A stretch of DNA of 64,000 nucleotides. Origin: Anthoceros angustus. Lineage: Eukaryota; Plantae; Anthocerotophyta. Location of the stretch: positions 124,001 through 188,000 of the forward strand of contig VJWM01000178.1 of the NCBI GenBank assembly GCA_010909165.1, read 5' to 3'. The notes beneath the pieces are model-generated. The model was not told where the DNA came from, made no database searches, and saw nothing but the letters and a program-made list of their open reading frames with translations. The position numbers were made by a program, and so were the translations under genes. Positions 1 through 11,794 of the stretch are shown here, piece after piece (position 1 is the first letter of the stretch; each line of letters begins with the position of its first letter).

Positions 1-425
1 CACAAGCTATATTTCTCGCAAAATCCTCCTTCATGCCGTCACCACATGCATTTCACAATCCATCTAATCCATATTTGATAATTAAAATAAAATAAAATAC
101 TTATTCTTTTTACATACATATATAATTTTACAATAAATAAGTAACTATATGTCATATAATTAAAATTTTATTACCTTAAGATGTAAGTATAAAATAATAT
201 TTTACCTTACAAGAATAATTATCACCATAATTACTACGGTGCTGGGTCTTACCCATAATAGTCACAAGCCTAGCCTAGCCGGTGGACTCCACCGGCTACT
301 CCCTTTAAAACCGGCTCGGATAAAGGCGTCATTTATTTCGGAATGACGAGTTTTGGTGAGTTGAAAATGACGAAACCAGAAATTCGCTGGACGTCATATG
401 TCAAATGTCATTCACAAGAAAAGTC

Positions 426-3400
426 TCTGAAGACTGGCATCTCCTGTTTTTGTGGCATCCAACTTCTGTTCGTGTACAAAAGAATCTTGCGTACAAAAAG
501 CATGGAGTTCCGAGTTCCCTTCAGTCCTTCTTGACAATCCTCGCAAGTTCGAGGACACGACATGGGCTTGCTGAACCGAACATAAGGAGGTTGTAAACGC
601 ATTTAAATCCTTAGAGACCGAGGTGATGGTTGCGAGGAGGAAGCCATAGGGACCGACTCAGCATCAGCAGAGCCAGGTGAGGTGGCTGGGGACACCATAT
701 ACATCAGTGCACCGCCAAATCCAATCTGGCCGCAATGTACATTTGTCATGGTTGGGGCCCATTGTGATCCATACCACCAGCCGTTCACAAGGGTTGTCTC
801 CATTCCATGGTAGAAACTGTATGGCATCATCCACTGCCATAGCACCACCAGCGCATAAGCGACCCTGCAATGCAGACATGGCCAGCTCCTTGAATCCCCG
901 TGAGCCAAGGCTGAAGTTGACAAGCTCTTTCAGCTCAGAGAGCGCATCTGGAGGACCAGGAAGCGGAGGAAGGCCAGTGCCAGCATTGCCTAGCAGCTGG
1001 GCTGCCACTCTAGGACTGCGGCGGCGCAGCGTTCCCTCAGTGGCGGCTCTCGGAGCCAGATCCGTACCTCCAGCCTTCTCATTCCTAGTCTGCCCAGGCT
1101 GTTTCGGAAGGGCTACCACCCCAGCTGTTTGAAGAGGATCAGAGGGATGGGGACCTGGGACAGGGCTTGCAGGCGATCCCGTGGATGAGTTTCTACTAGC
1201 CTGAGCTCCGGAGGTCTGAGAGGGGAGGACGGAAGGGACCTTGCAAGCTCCGAATCGGTGTCAGTGTCGTCGTTCTGAGATGACTCCTCCATCTCTGAGT
1301 CTGCCTCTGCCTCGGCAAATTTGGCGATACAGCGGCCACGACAGGTGCTGCTTCACTCATGGAGTTATCTCCACAGAGACCCCATTCGTGAACCGATTTT
1401 CTCTTGCATGCAGGGGAGAGCTACTGCAAAGGGTAAAGCTTGGGCTGGGTCTGAATCGGCTAGCAAGGAGAGGGCACTGGAAGGGCGTATTGGTTCTACA
1501 TCCATGCTACCAGACGGGTCCAAGGGGAGGTCAAGTGGCTGGGCTATCAGTTTGATGAATCATCGGGCAGACTTCGTTCTGATGAGGTAAAGATCTGGGA
1601 GATAGATGGACTGCTAGGAGGACTGGGCTTCTTTCTCTGCGCTTCTTACTTGGTTTGATAGGAGATGGGCTAGCAGCACTAACAGGTATCAACTCTTTGA
1701 CAGGAGTGGAAGAGGGACTGGGTGGGGTGATCTTGTCCAGGGCAGTAGTTTCCAAGAAGGGCTGCTCCGGTACTGTCTCCTGGTCTGGGGTGCGTCCTCG
1801 TCCATGACACGTAGGGCTTCAGCACATGATACCGGTATTCATTTTAGGTTACAGTCTACATTTACTTAATGGTTTAATGAAATATATAAATACGTACATA
1901 ACTCCAATGAGTGGACATAAAAAGCAAAAAGTACTTACAATATTGCGTTATTTATGGCAGACAGTGATGGCAAGCATGTATTCACGTTATTTACAACGGA
2001 AGAGTGATTCTGCAGCTAGCAGCTCAGTCTCAGTCTGGATTGAGATGCCAGGGCTAACACCCGATCTATATGAGCATGTTAAGGCCATTGTAGGCAAGGT
2101 AGGGGATATCTTTGCCCAGTCCAGTAACGTTGTCTATGCTATGGAGGGTGCAGTTCCTAGGTATGGTGTCAGGGTAAAATCCATCCTCTCTGATCGTCCT
2201 CGGCTACCTGGTGTTAGGGTATAATCCATCTGAAGACTGGCATCTCCTGTTTTTGTGGCATCCAACTTCTGTTCGTGTACAAAAGAATCTTGCGTACAAA
2301 AAGCATGGAGTTCCGAGTTCCCTTCAGTCCTTCTTGACAATCCTCGCAAGTTCGAGGACACGACATGGGCTTGCTGAACCGAACATAAGGAGGTTGTAAA
2401 CGCATTTAAATCCCTTAGAGACTGAGGTGATGGTTGCGAGGAGGAAGCCATAGGGACCGACTCAGCATCAGCAGAGCCAGGTGAGGTGGCTGGGGACACC
2501 ATATACATCAGTGCACCGCCAAATCCAATCTGGCCGCAATGTACATTTGTCATGGTTGGGGCCCATTGTGATCCATACCACCAGCCGTTCACAAGGGTTG
2601 TCTCCATTCCATGGTAGAAACTGTATGGCATCATCCACTGCCATAGCACCACCAGCGCATAAGCGACCCTGCAATGCAGACATGGCCAGCTCCTTGAATC
2701 CCCGTGAGCCAAGGCTGAAGTTGACAAGCTCTTTCAGCTCAGAGAGCGCATCTGGAGGACCAGGAAGCGGAGGAAGGCCAGTGCCAGCATTGCCTAGCAG
2801 CTGGGCTGCCACTCTAGGACTGCGGCGGCGCAGCGTTCCCTCAGTGGCGGCTCTCGGAGCCAGATCCGTACCTCCAGCCTTCTCATTCCTAGTCTGCCCA
2901 GGCTGTTTCGGAAGGGCTACCACCCCAGCTGTTTGAAGAGGATCAGAGGGATGGGGACCTGGGACAGGGCTTGCAGGCGATCCCGTGGATGAGTTCTACT
3001 AGCCTGAGCTCCGGAGGTCTGAGAGGGAGGACGGAAGGACCTTGCAAGCTCCGAATCGGTGTCAGTGTCGTCGTTCTGAGATGACTCCTCCATCTCTGAG
3101 TCTGCCTCTGCCTCGGCAAATTTGGCGATACAGCGGCCACGACAGGTGCTGCTTCACTCATGGAGTTATCTCCACAGAGACCCCATTCGTGAACCGATTT
3201 TCTCTTGCATGCAGGGAGAGCTACTGCAAAGGGTAAAGCTTGGGCTGGGTCTGAATCGGCTAGCAAGGAGAGGGCACTGGAAGGGCGTATTGGTTCTACA
3301 TCCATGCTACCAGACGGGTCCAAGGGGAGGTCAAGTGGCTGGGCTATCAGTTTGATGAATCATCGGGCAGACTTCGTTCTGATGAGGTAAAGATCTGGGA

Positions 3401-4025
3401 GATAGATGGACTGCTAGGAGGACTGGGCTTCTTTTCTCTGCGCTTCTTACTTGGTTTGATAGGAGATGGGCTAGCAGCACTAACAGGTATCAACTCTTTG
3501 ACAGGAGTGGAAGAGGGACTGGGTGGGGTGATCTTGTCCAGGGCAGTAGTTTCCAAGAAGGGCTGCTCCGGTACTGTCTCCTGGTCTGGGGGTGCGTCCT
3601 CGTCCATGACACGTAGGGCTTCAGCACATGATACCGGTATTCATTTTAGGTTACAGTCTACATTTACTTAATGGTTTAATGAAATATATAAATACGTACA
3701 TAACTCCAATGAGTGGACATAAAAAGCAAAAAGTACTTACAATATTGCGTTATTTATGGCAGACAGTGATGGCAAGCATGTATTCACGTTATTTACAACG
3801 GAAGAGTGATTCTGCAGCTAGCAGCTCGGTCGATGCAGATTGAGATGCGGGCTAACACCGATCTATATGAGCATGTTAAGGCCATTGTAGGCAAGGTAGG
3901 GGATATCTTTGCCCAGTCCAGTAACGTTGTCTATGCTATGGAGGGTGCAGTTCCTAGGTATGGTGTCAGGGTAAAATCCATCCTCTCTGATCGTCCTCGG
4001 CTACCTGGTGTTAGGGTATAATCCA
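426..4025. repeat. Near-identical direct tandem duplication of a ~1.8 kb unit (426-2228 and 2229-4025)
   Basis: tctgaagactggcatctcc starts at both 426 and 2229. The ORF track shows duplicated ORFs (664/2468, 677/2481). Differences seen are mostly 1-nt homopolymer indels. Confidence 0.95.
2230..3607 (-). pseudogene. Degenerate Pro/Ser-rich unclassified ORF, probably TE-derived (second copy at ~427-1806)
   Basis: Chain of same-strand ORF pieces (3347-3607, 2943-3323, 2468-2923) joined by frameshifts and a probable CGA>TGA stop. No family recognised. Confidence 0.35.
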
Positions 4026-4834
4026 TCCTCTCTGATCGTCCTCAACGGGTTGTCTATGCTATGGAGGGTGCAGTTCCCAGGTATGGTGTCAGGGTAAAAT
4101 CCATCCTCTCTGATCGTCCTCGGCGGTACTGCCTTCCACGCTCCCATGCTGCCCGCCTCTGGTTTGGAAGAGGTGGGCGACGCATCACCTGTTGTGGTTG
4201 CCGCTACTAGTGTCGTTTGGAGGGCAATAGAATCACACTGCCCAAAGAAGGCCATGAATGCTTTTCATATGCTCCAAATTATAAAACAGTCATCCAATTT
4301 TCTTAATGAGTTATGATATATAAAAAAATAATAGTAAAACGAATAAGTATCCATTGACCCCAACTAGAGAGTAGCTTGTATATTTACAAGAATTTTATTT
4401 GATGTTGGCATTATTTCTTAGAACTTATTTTTAAATTTATATATTATTTTCAAACAAATTTATCTTAACAAGTATTCTTATGTTGTTGAAGATAATAGCA
4501 TCAATTATTTATTTTAGAAAATAAAAATATACGATTTAATAAGATTTAATTACATTCCACTACCTAACCACAATGTAGGTCAAAGATAAGCTAGATGATT
4601 GGTTTTTTTAATTATAAGTGCAACGTGAGGAAGATTGAAAAGACCCCAAATGCAAATCCAGAACTAGGTTTTCATATATAAGGGAGGGAACTTACATATG
4701 TTCAAAAAACATATAAGAGCATTCACATGTTGAAGGTGTAGGAACACTGACAACTCCAACTTAGCCAAGTAATTGATTGAAATTAGAATACGTTGCCACG
4801 TGTAGCGCGTGATGACCTCAATAGCATATAGAGT

Positions 4835-7155
4835 ATGGCCAACGATAGTGTTGATGGCCTCAATAGCACAGCCAGTATGGGCAACAGAAATGATGATGAC
4901 TTTGATGGCATTGGAAATGATCACATGGAGGAAGATGCAATGAAGTGCCAAAAATGTCATATCGATTTAGAAGCAATCATCACTCGTTGTGAAGAAGAGC
5001 AGGTACTTATAAGACGAGGCCTATGATAGATTCATCTATGAGTTACCTTGGAACTTTTGAAATACCCATACAATGTGGATTGAGTGATAGTGTTGCGAAT
5101 GATGAACTTACTAAGCTGCACCACTTGTGTTTGGTTTGAATTTTACCGCAATGGTGAGCCTCAGGTTGTTGATCGGATTCGGAAACACGAAGTGAGGCTC
5201 ACTAAGAGTTGGGCCAAGTTATATGGAAGGAAGCTTGAATATGAAATGCAATTGAAGCTTATGCACAATTGTGGCGTCTTATTTTTGTCATCACAACTTA
5301 CCGGGAACCTCTTGCTTCAAGATATTAGATGGAAGACAAAACTAAAAGGTTATTATGCTCTTAAGCTGCAAAATCTCTTTCACGCTTTCACTAATTCATC
5401 TCATGACACAATTAGCGTGTATGGGCAGAAGCATTTCCAACTGAGGGGCCCTATTTAGTTCTACAACCGTATGTGGGGGCCCTAGACACAGGCGAGTGCC
5501 AGGCATGTACTACTCTTCTAGAAACAATCAATACATATGTACGTGCCAAACATTTTATACAACGAAGTCAGGTAATTACAAGACGAGGTCGATGAAATAT
5601 GCATCTCCAAGTTACTCTCAAAACTTTTGAAATACCTATGGAATGTGCAGTGAATGATAGTGTTGCATATGATGTGAGAGCTTATTACAACATACCTCTT
5701 AAGTTTGATTTGAATTTTAGAAAGATAGTACAGATCCAATCCTTTATCAGATTCATGAAGATGAGCTCAAGCTTATTAAGAGTTGGGCAGAGTTATATCA
5801 AAAGAAGCTAAAAAACGAACTGCGATTGAAGCTTATGCACGAGTGTCACGTTTTAACTTCGGCACTACACTTCTTCGGGATCCTCTCGCTACGGGACGTC
5901 ACATGGGAGAGAACAATAAAAGGTTATCGTGCTCTTATGTTATAGAATCTCTTATGCTGTAGAATCCCTTTGATCAACCCTTTCAATATGAATGCATCAC
6001 ATGACACAATTGGCGTATTTGGACAGAATTAGCTGCAAGATTATGGCCCATACATGTTTCGAGATTGTGTGAAGTGCCCATGGAGATTGGGGAACCATCG
6101 ACTAAAGTGCCGACAACAAATACCGGTGCAACTCCAGCACCCATAGCAAACACCGGAGCAACTCTAGTGCCGACTGTAAATCACGGCACAACTCCAGCGC
6201 TACCCACAATGAACATCGGTGCAACTCCAGCACGGATGGCAAACATTGAAATAGCTACAGCATCGATAGCAAACACAAGTGCAGCTCCAGGGTTATTGCG
6301 TCCCATTCGGCCACAACCAAGTATGATGTCGATGGAAAGATTGTTGAACCTTATGTCGGGTCTAAATGTGCAATCAATGGCCAGCACCACATGTGAGTCT
6401 CCAAATGTACAACTGTTGGATCTTATTTCGCTTTTGGATGTGCCATTGGCCAAAACTACCAATGCAGCAAGCACTAGTGAGGCTCCAAAATTGCTGGATC
6501 TTATTTCACTTTTGGATGTGCCTTTGACCAAAACCGGCAATGCAGCAAGCACTAGTGAGGCTCCAAAATCGGCAGATCTTATTTCGCTTGTAGATGTGCC
6601 ATTAGCCAATACCGCCAATGCAGCAAGAACCAGCGAGGCTCCAAAATTATTGGATCTCATTTCATGTTTGGAAGTGCCGATCATGGGAAGTACTACCAAC
6701 AATAAGGAGTACGCCAATCCATAGATATGCATACTAGCACCAATGAAGTGCCACATTTGTTGGATCGGTTGAGGGGCGGAATGTTGACCCCTCCCCTACA
6801 CTTAATGCGAAGCATTAGCACTAATGAGATGCGACAATTGTTGGATCTTATCTCAACTTGTTTGAATGTACCGGTGATGGGAAGTAGTTCTACCATCCAT
6901 AAAGTTAATTGTAGTGTGGTTGGTAAGGATGACAACAGTAATAGTAATATTAGTCATATTAGTTACAATGAGATAAGTAGGAATGAGGCTTTGGAGGTGA
7001 CCAATCCCATTCCAGAACCAACTGTGACCATTCTAGAACTAACTTTGACCATAACCAACTATGACCATTCTAGAACTAACTTTGACCATTCCATAACCCC
7101 AGATATGACCATTTTATTACCAGCTATGATGGTCACAGATAGTAGCTCAACTTAA
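4835..7155 (+). pseudogene. Degenerate repeat-built ORF of unknown family: two ~185-aa CxxC-initiated units, then Thr/Ala/Pro repeats and 26-aa repeats
   Basis: KCQKC..RRG..TFEIPIQC..DSV..KSWAKLY..LKLMH (4935-5450) parallels ECQAC..RRG..TFEIPMEC..DSV..KSWAELY..LKLMH (5490-6030). ORFs 6065-6724 and 6727-7155 follow. Several stops and frameshifts. Confidence 0.5.
6405..6720 (+). repeat. 78-bp (26-aa) coding tandem repeat, 4 copies plus 2 degenerate copies downstream
   Basis: PKLLDLISLLDVPLxKTxNAASTSEA repeats in ORF 6065-6724. Confidence 0.9.
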
Positions 7156-7617
7156 GAGGCAAAAGAAACAATTGTTTCTGGAAAACCCTTAATTGTTCTC
7201 AAAACATCATTTCTCGTGTGTAGTATCTAGAGTATAATAATGCCTCATATACACTTATTTAACTACATGAACGATCATCAAATGGTTTTTTTAAAGCATT
7301 AAAGCATTTTTTAAATACCACATCTTGTTCCATATTGTAATAGCAATGTTTTGCACTCACATTTTAGTGCGAAAGTAGGTGTCTTCTTAATTTGCCAATA
7401 GTTTGAGAATATAAATTGTTTTGGGTGACCAATCATTACATAATAGTACGTCAAAAATTTATCATAGAAATCGTCATTTAATGATATTCATTTCAGGTCT
7501 GCATTTACTTAATGGTTTTATGAAATATATAAATACATAAAAAAACTCCAATTAGTTGACATGAAAAACAAAAAGTACTTACAATATTACGATATTTACG
7601 GCAGACAAGCGATGGCA

Positions 7618-7900
7618 AGCATGTATTCACTTTATTTACAGCAGAAGAGTGATTCTACATCTAGGAGCTCATCGTTTCCTTGGGGGCTATTGTGTTGCAC
7701 CACCTCCACCCATAGTTTCAACCTAGTTTTGTATACAAAAATAGGACGAAAGGAAACTATGAACATACCCCGGTAGCTTAATGTAGAACACTAATTATCC
7801 CCTTACACCTCTTTCTCTTCATGGACATCTGCTCCTTTTCTTGCAGATCTCCTCAAACAATTTTCTTGAAGAAACAATTTGCACAATTTCGCATCAATCT
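7618..7900 (-). pseudogene. DRP3: Degenerate copy of one DRP3 GED exon with flanking intron sequence
   Basis: Aligns by eye to 18188-18465. It reads LFEE.LQEKEQMSMKRKRCKGIISVLH*ATG against [33 protein letters not shown] in the intact gene. Confidence 0.8.
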
Positions 7901-9080
7901 TTAGAGAGTTTTATAGTTCAAGGTCCTAGGTTTGGAGATTGAAGAGTTTGGGTGCACCATTCCACTTCTAGGCTTCCATGGCTTCACAAACATAGCCATT
8001 ATATTTACGCTACTCTCTTTCATATGGTAGAATCATAAAATAGTGATCCAGTTTTCTTAATGAGATGAGTTGTGATATATGTACTTACTAGGTAGTAATG
8101 AAAAAAGAAGTACTCATAAATTCCAACTAAACCCTAACCCATTGAGTTTGCTTAGAATTACCCCATAGTATGTACATTTATAAGAATTTGTATTTTATTT
8201 TGATATTATTCTAAAAATGATTTATTATTTGTTTTATATAATATTATTAAATCGAATTATTATAACCAACATCCTTAATTTGTTAAGAATTAGAGCATAC
8301 AATTTTTATACTAAAATAATAACAAAATACCTCATTTAAAACTTAACCACATTTCATGACCTAACCCCATGTGGGTCAAAGATATGCTCAAAGGTTATAG
8401 ATATTTGATTTTTGCATTATAGTATAACATGAAAAGTAATATAAACATCCCGAGATGAAGGAAAGGAGACTTTCCATAGATGGGTTCTATATGTGAGGAA
8501 GGGAGCCTATATATACTCAAAGTACATGTATGAGCATACACATGTTGAAGGTGTAGAAAAAGCAATGGCTCTAGCAACATCATCATGAGCCCAATAGCTT
8601 TGGGAATGATCACATTGAGGACGATGCAACAAAGTGTCAAAGATGTGCTAAAACACCATAATATTTGAAGCGGCTGAATATACAAAGCTGCTTCCAGAAA
8701 CATGGGATGACTTGTCTATGTCCTCCATGGTCACAACATCGCTCTTTCTCAATGATTAGGTTTTTGGCCGCTAGTTGCTGTATGGCATACAATAGGGTTT
8801 TGTCCGATTTGATCGTACATAATAAGCCTGATATGGTCCTGAGGAACCCCATGCTGGCGCCTGCGTGGAACACATACGAAAGATGAACATGGCAAGGGCA
8901 CAGTGCAAATGGAAAGCGTGTTCAAATCCCACACACACAACACGAATATAGTCAAAAGGCGCCAGCATGCCAGTGCCTTAGCACAATTACGAAGCCCTCA
9001 CAAACACGGGCAGCCCTGGCACCGAAAACTATCACCTAATTGCCCAATTAATCCGCATAGGTTTGAGACTCTGGTGGGCA

Positions 9081-10162
9081 CTACCTAGACACACTATTGA
9101 AGACCACTTCTTTACTCTTAAGTCTTGCCTGCTCCGAGTCTTCAAAGTTGTCATTCTCCCTCATGGCATTCTCTGCATCCAAAATTCAAGCTCAAAGGAA
9201 CCACCTGAGCCTGGGAGACATCCTTTTCAAACAAGCTCAATTCTTTAGCCCAAAATTCGGAGGGTCCCCGTCGGTGCGGCTCATGGATCAATTCGTCCTC
9301 AGCGTTTGGCAGTACTTCATATCCATGGATCCTTTGAGGAATGAACTTAGCGCACCGCTTGTCAACATCCACAGCAATGCAATTACGTCCACAGAGCAGC
9401 ACTGCCAATGTCGTAGTACCACTCCCAACACATACATCTAGTACCAGTCTCCCTCTTTCGAAAAGTTCTTGATAAGCTTCACCATCAGGTCCAGAGGCCT
9501 CTGGTATGCACATACCACCAGCTTGTCAAATGACATGTACAACAGCTTCTTCACCACAGTGTCATACCCAAGGATTACATGTCCATTGTTGAAAGAGCCC
9601 TGCAAGTTGTTGGGCAGCATGGACATCTTGCCAATCTTGCTGCTGGATGTTAAACCCCAGCCCACCATGATGTACTCAACAATGTCGTAGCCTCTTTGAT
9701 CATTGTGCATATTCGTTTTGTCCCGAACAAAGAGTCCATCCCTCCACTTGTGCACCACTTTCTCATTGCCTCCCTCACCACATGCAACTCCATGCATGAC
9801 TATCATTCTAATCTCTGGGCAACTTGTCATGTCATGGAAAGAATGGAAAACGATGTTCACCTGCGTCTGATCCATCTTCACATCATGTTTGCCCTTATTG
9901 AATCCTCTGGGCACATCCATCAACAATAGCATGTACCTTCGAACCCACAAAAACCCCCGTATGTCCAAGACATCTCTTGCCACCACCTGGTAGTTCACAA
10001 TATTCTTTGTTTTTGACACTGTGAAAGATTGGAGCCCTTCCTCCATGTCCATGTCTGCAAGTGCCCTTTGCTCGTCCTCCAAGCCTTTCCATGTATGCAC
10101 CTCTAGTATGAAAGCCTGAAAATCCACTGGGAGTTTCTTGAGGTCTTCAACATTTTTACTTG
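9081..10162 (-). CDS. Beta-class N6-adenine/N4-cytosine DNA methyltransferase domain (N6_N4_Mtase-like); one frameshift in a G run, so either intact or a young pseudogene
   Basis: ORF 9438-10184 joined to ORF 9151-9513 gives VVARDVLDI..LLLMDVPRG..EYIMVGW..AYQRPLDLMVKLIKNFSKEGDW/VLDVCVGSGTTTLAVLLCGRNCIAVDVD. This follows the beta-class motif order III, IV, VIII, X, I, II. Confidence 0.85.
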
Positions 10163-10747
10163 CTGCAAAGGAGACAATAGCCAATTAGGCCTCACTACCA
10201 TACGCTAAAGGGAAGAAAGGGGCGGGCGCAGGCATGCCGGCACCCGACCCTCTCTTCCCTCTGGCTTGAGAAACCCAAATAAACAATTGGTGAGGGCGTC
10301 GGCATGCCAGCACCCTTCACCAAACAGGGTATGCCTGCCGCCTGGGATTGCTCTGAATGACGGGGTTTGAAAAGAGAATTGATGTGAGTATTGGTGCGGT
10401 GGCAAGTGTGCACAGGCAACTTGAACGAAATTGTTTGCCTGCACAAGTATTGACGTAATCCTCTCTAAACCTGGTGCACTGCACCTCTTTGAAGTATAAG
10501 TGCGCCGGACATCCGGCGCACTCCAGCTCTTAGGAGCATAAGTGCGCCAGTCATCTGGCCATTGGTATAAAGATGTGTCCGGCATTTGTGCAGACGGTCG
10601 GCACATTAGGTCTTCCTTTGGTCTTAGATGCATGGGCTGTGGGTTCGCAAATCGCTGAAAACAGTGAAATGAGACATGTGCATTTCTGGATGGTTGGGGC
10701 CAAAATGGGGTTCGGAGAAAACCCCTATGCTAATAGACACTGTTACA

Positions 10748-11486
10748 GTCCCTTGCTAGAAGATGGTTCTGAACTGGTGGTGTAACTCCTTATGGTGGTT
10801 CACTGGCAAGAATTGTTGGAGAAATAGCTGTTTGAAGACACCCCAAGAGTATACGGAGGGTTCCATCCCCAGGACTTGCTTCTCCCGTTGGCGCCACCAC
10901 CGGTAAGCGTACCCTTCCAAGCTCATAACACATAATTGAATTTTTTGAAGGTCATCCTTCTCACTGGCGGCAAGATATTTGTCCATCTTGTCCAGCCAGT
11001 CATGCACACTTTGTGCATCCTTGGTGCTGCCATCAAACATGCTGGATTTGATCTTCCTTTGCAACTCCTTATCCAATTGTGCTCTGGGCTTGAACATCGT
11101 CTGCCCCGTCGCCCTGGAGCGGGCTCTGTGGCGTACTCCACACCTTCATCCTGACCTCTAGCGACAGTTTCTCTTCCACCTAGGTTCGACTCCTCCCAAT
11201 TTGTGGTTTGTTGCAGACGCTGGATGAGCCGGGCCCTCCGCCGGCGTTGTCCCTTGCTTTCTACTTCCGGTTCGTGTCCCGACACGTCCATGCTGGTGAG
11301 GTGGTCTCCACAAGGGCAAGCTGCATTCCTGCAACGCACTCGATCGCCAATGCCGCCTATCAGGTCGCCTTCTTCACTGCTGCTAGAAATTCGTCTCCCG
11401 ACGTCCCATCGGCTAACGAAATTGCTCATCCTTGCTGTTTTGTGACAGATCAAATTCCGTGGAACTTCCCTACATATCTCCTGCAA
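10748..11486 (-). mobile_element. Truncated second Ty3/gypsy gag, a paralog of the gag at 14.9-16.0 kb
   Basis: KELQRKIKSSMFDGSTKDAQSVHDWLDKMDKYL..YAYRWWR..FLPVNH is nearly the same as the 15.1-15.4 kb gag. It ends at FRTIF*QGTV. Confidence 0.85.
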
Positions 11487-11794
11487 TGATGGTGTCGGGA
11501 AATCAACGGTTCAATGGCAAGACGGCTTCAACTTCGTTCCAGCTCTTCTAGTGCAGATGCAACAAATGGTGGCGCTGGTATTGGAGAGGCCAAATGGCAG
11601 GTTCTGATGCTTGGCGTTCCCTTCCATCTTTTCCCTTTTCTCCGTCTCTCTTGCTGGCCCTTTGGAATGGAGTCGTGTTGTAGATGCATTACCCTTCAGC
11701 ATCTCAAACCATTCTCTTCTAAGCCCAAGCCAAACCAATCGTGCGGATATCCCCATGACAGGCTGGCCAATTGGCTCCTGGCTATTAAATAAGC

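Larger units (their letters stand above)
3647..8660. repeat. Old diverged direct duplication (3647-~4960 vs 7494-~8660, offset ~3.8 kb)
   Basis: Shared colinear blocks: catttacttaatggttt..tgaaatatataaatac (3661/7502), ttttcatatg..ttttcttaatgag (4262/8017), cacatgttgaaggtgtag (4726/8538), ggaa(a)tgatcacat.gagga.gatgcaa (4913/8604). Confidence 0.8.

Noticed and set aside
677-1132. 151-aa plus-strand ORFs (and the copy at 2481-2936)
   Set aside because: Antisense shadows of the degenerate minus-strand ORF, with no recognisable motifs.
8637-8873. QLAAKNLII resembles the kinase DLAARN motif
   Set aside because: No HRD, DFG or other kinase motifs nearby.
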